Of a DNA stretch of 64,000 bases, positions 58,132 through 64,000 are shown piece after piece. Positions within the stretch are counted from its first letter, which is position 1, and every line of letters starts with the position of its first letter. Made by a program: the position numbers and the translations under genes. Source of the stretch: Entomortierella parvispora E1425 (taxonomy: Eukaryota; Fungi; Mortierellomycota); NCBI GenBank assembly GCA_020891255.1, contig BQFW01000007.1:682001-746000 (forward strand), given 5' to 3'. Under the pieces are notes generated by a model. The model did no database searches. It saw nothing but the letters and a program-made list of their open reading frames with translations, and was not told the DNA's origin.

Positions 58132-61011
58132 CTAGTCATGGAACCATTCGCCATAGAGGTTCGGCCGTTCTCCCGTCAAGAACTCGTCGTAGGCCTGTCG
58201 CATCAGCCCCAGCCAGCTCCTGGACTCGATTTTGCTATGCCAGTTATTGTGCCAATGGTAGGTGTACGCGCCCATGAAAAAGACTTCTGGTCCGGCCGAG
58301 AAGACGTCCTCATTTCTGCTGTTACCGTCCATTCCTTGCGGTTGTTGCGACATTTGGTTCGGACAAACAGCGTGAGCATCGGCTGAAAACGCGTCCGGGA
58401 AAGAATGAAGATCCTCCAACATCATCTCGCGATCCCTGGCTTTGTTTGCTGGAACGACTGCTTCTTGTTCCCTGTCTTTTTTGCTCTCTTTGTCTGACTG
58501 AGACAAAGACTCCGGAGAAATATTCGACTCGGACGAATAAGGGCTAAGGTCTGCATGGTCGACACGCAGCCAGAGAGGGTCGAAAACTGCGACGGGCATC
58601 ATGGTCAAGCCGTTGTCTTCGAGCGATTGATCTTGAGGACGGAGATAGTATCGTAGCCGAGCAGGATGAAACACTTCGTTCGGTCTCATCTCCCGTTTAA
58701 CCAGTCGATGAGGCGTGATACTGGAAACTGTTGGTGGCGCAAACAGGGATCCGTCTGTATCCACTGCCATTTGAAGGGGATGATCCTCTAATTTGATTTC
58801 CACAGGCGCCTCCATCTCTTCTTTAGGCGGTATTGCTTCTTTTGGGAGATGGTGATGATGGCGGGATTGCTGTTGCTGCTTCTGCTCGGTTTCTGGCTCT
58901 GGGGGAGCCGTCTCATTGGAGGGCGGGTCCTGAGAATGATTATATTCATGTTTCGACTTCAGCTCCAATTCCTCCATGACTTGACGCTGTTTTGCCTTTG
59001 CGGCTTCCAGAATCCGTTTTGCCACTGAACTGCCCTTATTCATCCTAAGAACCGCCGTGTTGTACATTTCGGTATTACTCCACTCGTATGCAAATTCGAC
59101 GCCGGCGTCGTAGAATGGCGACATGTCCTTCAGGAGTAGCACATCCGCATCCAGATACATGCCCCCGTATCGGTGTAGGATCAAGAATCTAGCCTCGTCC
59201 GAGAGAGCGACTGGCGGTACCACATCATTGACCTTCATGGTTAGACCCTCCGTCATTGTGGACTCGACTGAATCTGTGTTTTCCGATGATTGGGAAGGCG
59301 GCGGCGGTGGAAAGGCAAAGGACTCTTGTTCGACCTGATGCCACGGGTGGATCTTGACGTATTGACGAATGGGATCCAAAACCAAATCTTGAGAGAATGG
59401 ATTCTTGGCGTAATTTTCAGGTTTGCCTCCGGGAAAATCACTCGAGTCGATCCAGAGATGAAGTCGTGAACGGTCCAGAGGTTGTGTGAACAAGAAAGCA
59501 TGCGCCGCAAGAGACAGTTTGTCCGAAATAGGTCCTCGCCAAAAGATGTGAAAGTCCATGGGCTTTGGATAAACCTGATCTTTTGATGCTGTAGACTCCT
59601 CGTCGTCCATCTCCCCTTCGTCTTCCTCCTCGTCTTCCTCCCCTTCGTCTTCCTCCTCGTCTTCCTCCCCTTCGTCTTCATCCTCGTCGTCATCATCCTC
59701 GTCGTCATCATCATCGTCGTTATTGTAGCCGTCATCATCATCTGATATCTCGGCATCTCCTGTGGCAGCAACTCCAAGTCCTTCCACGTCTGGATCTGGC
59801 AACCATTCTCGATGTTTGGGTCGTCTTCTATTTGCCATCTCTCTCGATTCCCTAGATGGCACCAAGTACAGGTGTTCCTGTGCGAGATAAGCGAGGCAAT
59901 GGGCAGAGCTATGGAGCTTCCTATCGCATGGTTCCCAGAGAGCGGTCATGTTCACGATCCAGCCGTGAAGAGGTCTTTCCAGGAACTGAGGTCGAGGCTT
60001 GGTCGTCAGTTTCTTTGGGCGAGAATCTGCTAGTTGTTGGTCCTGATCAACTTCCCTGCCTTCGTCGCCTTTATCATCCAGTACCCCTGGGATGCTCTCA
60101 GTCAAGATAGGGATCTCTTGTTCATGCCCTGTATTCTTGTTGTGAATATAATCCATCCACTCTTGGTAGGTCGCAAACGCTACGTCGTTCCCCTGTACCT
60201 TTTGCTTTCGTTCGCTCTGGACATCGTCCTTTTGATTCGTCACCTCCATGACAACCTCAGGAGATGTTTCCTCCTGCAGTTGTTGGTTCTGCTGTTGGGG
60301 CGGATGGCAGAACCTCGCAAACGCCTCCGTATTCAAAGCCGCGACTCGAGCATTGTTGGTACTAATTAGAGCCGGGAAGGGTTCCGATTCGAGTTGCCGT
60401 TGCCGTTCCAGTTTCCGTTCCTTTCTCAGCCTCTTTTCCTCCTTTCTCAGCCTCTGCTCTTCCTTTCTCAGACTCTGCTCTTCCTTTCTCAGCCTCAGCT
60501 CTTCCTTTTTCAGACTCTGCTCTTCCTTTCTGCGGCTGCGTTCTGCCCTTTCAATGGTCTTCAGAACCTTGAGCTGTTTCCTTTGAATCGTTGTCAGCTG
60601 GGAACGGTCAACAGACTGGAGGATTACAAGCTGCTCCTTTTGATCGTCCGTTAGAGTAGAGGACTCATCATATGAAGGTTGAGATGGCCGAAGTTCTGTG
60701 GCTAGAATCGGGAGAGGCGTCTTAAGAGTTGAGGTGTCTCCATCTTTCAACTCTTGCTCTGATGGGATCTGATGCACAAAATGATGGTGATGGTCCTCGA
60801 GGATAAGGTCAGGTCGTGGCTGGGATGCATCCTTTGACCGAACCCTTGCCCTTTGCTGCTGTTGCTTTTGAAGCAAGGTGTCTGTTGATGAGGCCGAGTG
60901 ATTCGGATCAAGGATACTGGACCAGACTGAAAGATAAAAAACGGAAGCGAAGGCACTCAAGACCACCAACAAAAGTGCGATGGGTCGATAATGACCGAAC
61001 AAGATCGGCAT
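58132..61011 (-). CDS. glycosyltransferase family 32 (DxD, OCH1/A4GALT-like) type II membrane protein
   Basis: 959-aa single ORF with an N-terminal TM anchor, FHIFWRG, LSDEARFLILHRYGGMYLDADVLLLKD, YNTAVLRM and YTYHWHNNW. Confidence 0.85.
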   Translation of the reverse strand: MPILFGHYRPIALLLVVLSAFASVFYLSVWSSILDPNHSASSTDTLLQKQQQQRARVRSKDASQPRPDLILEDHHHHFVHQIPSEQELKDGDTSTLKTPLPILATELRPSQPSYDESSTLTDDQKEQLVILQSVDRSQLTTIQRKQLKVLKTIERAERSRRKEEQSLKKEELRLRKEEQSLRKEEQRLRKEEKRLRKERKLERQRQLESEPFPALISTNNARVAALNTEAFARFCHPPQQQNQQLQEETSPEVVMEVTNQKDDVQSERKQKVQGNDVAFATYQEWMDYIHNKNTGHEQEIPILTESIPGVLDDKGDEGREVDQDQQLADSRPKKLTTKPRPQFLERPLHGWIVNMTALWEPCDRKLHSSAHCLAYLAQEHLYLVPSRESREMANRRRPKHREWLPDPDVEGLGVAATGDAEISDDDDGYNNDDDDDDEDDDDEDEDEGEEDEEEDEGEEDEEEDEGEMDDEESTASKDQVYPKPMDFHIFWRGPISDKLSLAAHAFLFTQPLDRSRLHLWIDSSDFPGGKPENYAKNPFSQDLVLDPIRQYVKIHPWHQVEQESFAFPPPPPSQSSENTDSVESTMTEGLTMKVNDVVPPVALSDEARFLILHRYGGMYLDADVLLLKDMSPFYDAGVEFAYEWSNTEMYNTAVLRMNKGSSVAKRILEAAKAKQRQVMEELELKSKHEYNHSQDPPSNETAPPEPETEQKQQQQSRHHHHLPKEAIPPKEEMEAPVEIKLEDHPLQMAVDTDGSLFAPPTVSSITPHRLVKREMRPNEVFHPARLRYYLRPQDQSLEDNGLTMMPVAVFDPLWLRVDHADLSPYSSESNISPESLSQSDKESKKDREQEAVVPANKARDREMMLEDLHSFPDAFSADAHAVCPNQMSQQPQGMDGNSRNEDVFSAGPEVFFMGAYTYHWHNNWHSKIESRSWLGLMRQAYDEFLTGERPNLYGEWFHD
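59611..59679 (-). repeat. 27-bp coding tandem repeat (EGEEDEEED), about 2.5 copies
   Basis: Unit CTCCCCTTCGTCTTCCTCCTCGTCTTC on the + strand. Confidence 0.8.
60421..60530 (-). repeat. 21-bp coding tandem repeat encoding heptads RKEE(Q/L/K)(S/R)L, about 5 copies
   Basis: RKEEQSL KKEELRL RKEEQSL RKEEQRL RKEEKRL. Confidence 0.85.
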
Positions 61012-61374
61012 TCTATAGGATGTAGATAGTCAGCGGGATGAGGGGTGCAATAGATGGGGAGTGCCGCTGTTGCTGTGGATGGTGGAGGGTGTGTAGTAGG
61101 GTAGTGAGTATCCCAGAAATGAGAGCGAGGATGCAGGATCTACGGAGATAAAAGAGAGAGAGAGGGGGGAATTTGGTTGACGTCTGAAAGTGATCCCTTT
61201 ATTTATCAAAAAGGGATCCTTCCTGCATTCCGCATTCCAGTCCGCCCTTTGGAGGGAGCAATCAATTAAACGCGGCCCGTGCATTCCTCTGTATCTGCGT
61301 GGTGGCACCAAAAGATGTGGTCTGCCCAGTTTTCGTTTTATTCGAAGCAAAACAGCAGAGGACAGCTTTCTTCC

Positions 61375-64000
61375 TCATAACGTGAATACTGTCCGCATGT
61401 CCATTGGCATGCCCGATCCTAGCTGTGGGATCTGTTCCAGGTCACGCTGCTTCATAAAATATCGCATACTTGTTAATAGTTCCTCGTATGTCTGTTCGGG
61501 CTTTTGGGACAGGCACTGGATCCAGGCGTAAGACACAGCTCCTCGGGCCATAGGACTCGTATACGGCTGCGGAAGGCTGTATCCGAGGGGGTTTGGAATG
61601 CCGTTTTCATCCAAATCATTGGAAGAGAGCGAGTTCATAGACGAGGACGCTTTCAATTTGTGATGATTGGATATAATGGCCGCGTCCTTCGTGCTGGCAC
61701 GGATGTCGGCAGAGGCTTGATCATCTCTGCACCCAGAGAACATCACGACGTTGCCTTTGGTCTTTCGGAACATTGCCATCTATCAAGAGATCGAGAACTC
61801 AATGTTAGAATCCAAGCTCGTTATTACGTGTCACTCTGCCATTTCCCCTTGAAATCAGTCCTTACCCTCTTTGCTTCTTCTAAATCTGCGCGATCCATTT
61901 CCGATGAGGTCCTCGAGTGATTCCGAGACCCGTTCTTGGACGAAGTTGCGGTTGAGGTGATACTTATCGTCGACGCTGAGGCTGGCGCTGGAGTCAATGA
62001 TTCAGCCCCTAGCCAGGCGCTGGCATCGCACTCAATCCCTCGACCACTAACATCCTGGTCTGCGTCAAAATCATCGCCTCGAACAGACTTGGCACGTTTC
62101 TTGGGCGATGACGCGAGCTCCCCTTCTGACGTCGTGTTCTCAGTCAACCCTTCTTCTGAGAATGCGAATGTTGAAACAGAGTCGTGTTTGTGTTCATCTG
62201 CATGTGTGATTGTTAATCGAGGAATGCACTCCTCGCCGTCTGGCGTTTCATCTGTATCAAGCATGGACCGTGTGGTGGAGGTGGCCGTAGATATCGGAGG
62301 GGTCAAAGCGCTGATGATAGTGGCTGGGGATAACGGTCTTCCAGGGGCTGGCTCCTGAATAAGTTGTACATTGACTGTCATGTTTTCGATGGAAGGTGAC
62401 ATGGGTGACAGGTAGGCTTTTGAGCAAGCTGTTTCGAGGTCCAACATGCAAACAGGACTGTTGTTGTGAGGATGTTCCGGATCGGTGGCCATGATTAAAG
62501 GCGAGGACGGACAGCTCTTGGTCGTGGTGGTCACTGTGGTCAAAGTGGTAGTAGTTGTTGTTGTGGTCGTTTGGGTCTGAGTTTGCTGCTGCAAGTTAGT
62601 GCTGCTATTGTTGTCCAGAACGCCAGAGGACATAGCTGCCATGGCGCCGACTTTTGTACGTGTCACCTTTTCGAGGGCCGTAATATGATTTCCATTATAA
62701 ACATAGGGAAGATCCAGCATGGTACCTTCAGTCCACAAAAGAAGAAAGGATGTTAGTATTCGAAATTGGAAAGGTTTATTGCGCATGGACCGATTCTTTT
62801 TCTTAAAAAAAAACTCACCACTGTGACATGCATCCACGAGGGCAGTCAGTTGGACGCCTGCGGGTAGCTCTTTAACCAAAATGTCATACATCTCATCATC
62901 CGAGATAATGCCTGACCGAAGGTAGTCGCAGGGATAAATAATCTCGTCGTATCCGTCCGCTTCATCTCCTACTGCAAATGTAGAGTAGAAAGAAGCAAGG
63001 TGAGTTATGTCTCTCCATAACCATCAAACATGGGTGCCTCCATTGCACCCCAGGAGCTCATAGTAACGGATGATGCCCCCTGTTTCGTGCTTACAGTGCT
63101 CTGCTTTGCCGTTGTACGAGAAGTCTTTGATCCGCCCACCGTGGCCTATACTCAGCATAGGGTGATGAAATTAGCCTGAGACCTATTTGCCCAAGCACAC
63201 ACATGTTCCGACGAGAGAAAAGTCCGACATCTGTTGTGCCTTGCTTACCCGCATAGTGAAAGAACAGTGAATCCTGAGGTTCAGCATCCTTGACCAGCCA
63301 TTTCATCCAGTAGCGAATGTTGGCCCCTGTAGGCCTCTTGTCCTCGTAGATCTGGTCGTCTGTCAGGATGATCGTGTCCTGGTATCGGAATCCATAGTAT
63401 CCATTTAGGAACCCAAATACATCCCGACTGTCATTAATGCAACCCAATAACTGGTTCGGATCTCCGAAGTAATTGATTCCAATCAACAGCGCCTTCTTTC
63501 GGTGGGGTCGAGTGGGCGTAGGTACCGTCCGCGGGATAACCGTTGTTATGGCAGCTTCTGCACTCTGATAGAGGGTATTGGCCTCCTTGATCTCCTGAAT
63601 GATGTTCTTAATGTCGTAGTCGCTGTTCAAGCCCGGGTAATTGTCGCTGCCACTATTGTTATATCCTCCGATTTCAGTTAGTGTTTGGGATGCTTGTTCC
63701 TCAGCCAGTTCTGATGTTGCTGTCCAAGTGTTTTTGGTATCGTTGTTCTTTTGAGTGGTCGGAGGCGGATGCGAAAAGTATTGGTGGCTTTCTTCTTCAG
63801 GGTTGCTAGAGGGATCAATGACAGACTTTGTTGATCGAGTAGGTGTCTTTTGACCGGGTGGCAGGTTATTATACGCCTGTTCAAGACCGGACGTGGTGCT
63901 GCCTTCCGGCAAGGACAATAACAGTGAAGGCTGTAGGGATTTGGAGGTGTTCGTATCCTGGGGCTCGATGGCCGAGTCTTCCAAGCGGAATGCTTCTGCT
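61375..64000 (-). CDS. MCA1: metacaspase (MCA1-like), 5'-partial, multi-exon
   Basis: [25 protein letters not shown] (catalytic His), [15 protein letters not shown] (catalytic Cys), [21 protein letters not shown] and QIPQLGSG. The frame runs open to the window edge. Confidence 0.92.

Noticed and set aside
1-64000. CRISPR arrays, rRNA genes or prokaryotic operon/defence systems
   Set aside because: None seen; the window is eukaryotic with spliceosomal introns, and its repeats lack repeat-spacer structure.

Overview
This is intron-rich eukaryotic DNA, most likely from an early-diverging fungus (Mortierellaceae-like, inferred from gene repertoire, GT-AG introns and codon style). It contains about 21 protein-coding genes. 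Recognisable ones are ISN1, ATP14, a TVP38-family protein, an FAD monooxygenase, an SPX-ACT-ACT-phosphoserine phosphatase fusion, an ADAM protease, a half ABCA transporter, MTHFR, COP1, a TED1-like phosphoesterase, a SpoU methyltransferase, PMA1, two tandem LtrA paralogues, a GT32 glycosyltransferase and a metacaspase. There is also one tRNA-Thr(AGT). A 4.37-kb Mutator-like transposon (9-bp TSD, degenerate TIRs, subterminal CACGTG arrays, one frameshift) sits in the divergent promoter of the monooxygenase and the SPX-SerB gene. The most notable signals are: (1) two related, co-oriented retroposed fragments nested within about 90 bp upstream of the tRNA gene, suggesting a tRNA-targeting non-LTR retrotransposon; (2) an SPX inositol-pyrophosphate sensor fused to SerB; (3) a free-standing mini-protein resembling one internal HAT segment of Prp6; (4) a complete COP1 in a fungus; (5) a bacterial-type LtrA pair, one copy of which needs a GC splice donor. 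All protein assignments come from motif recognition by eye; no database search was run.
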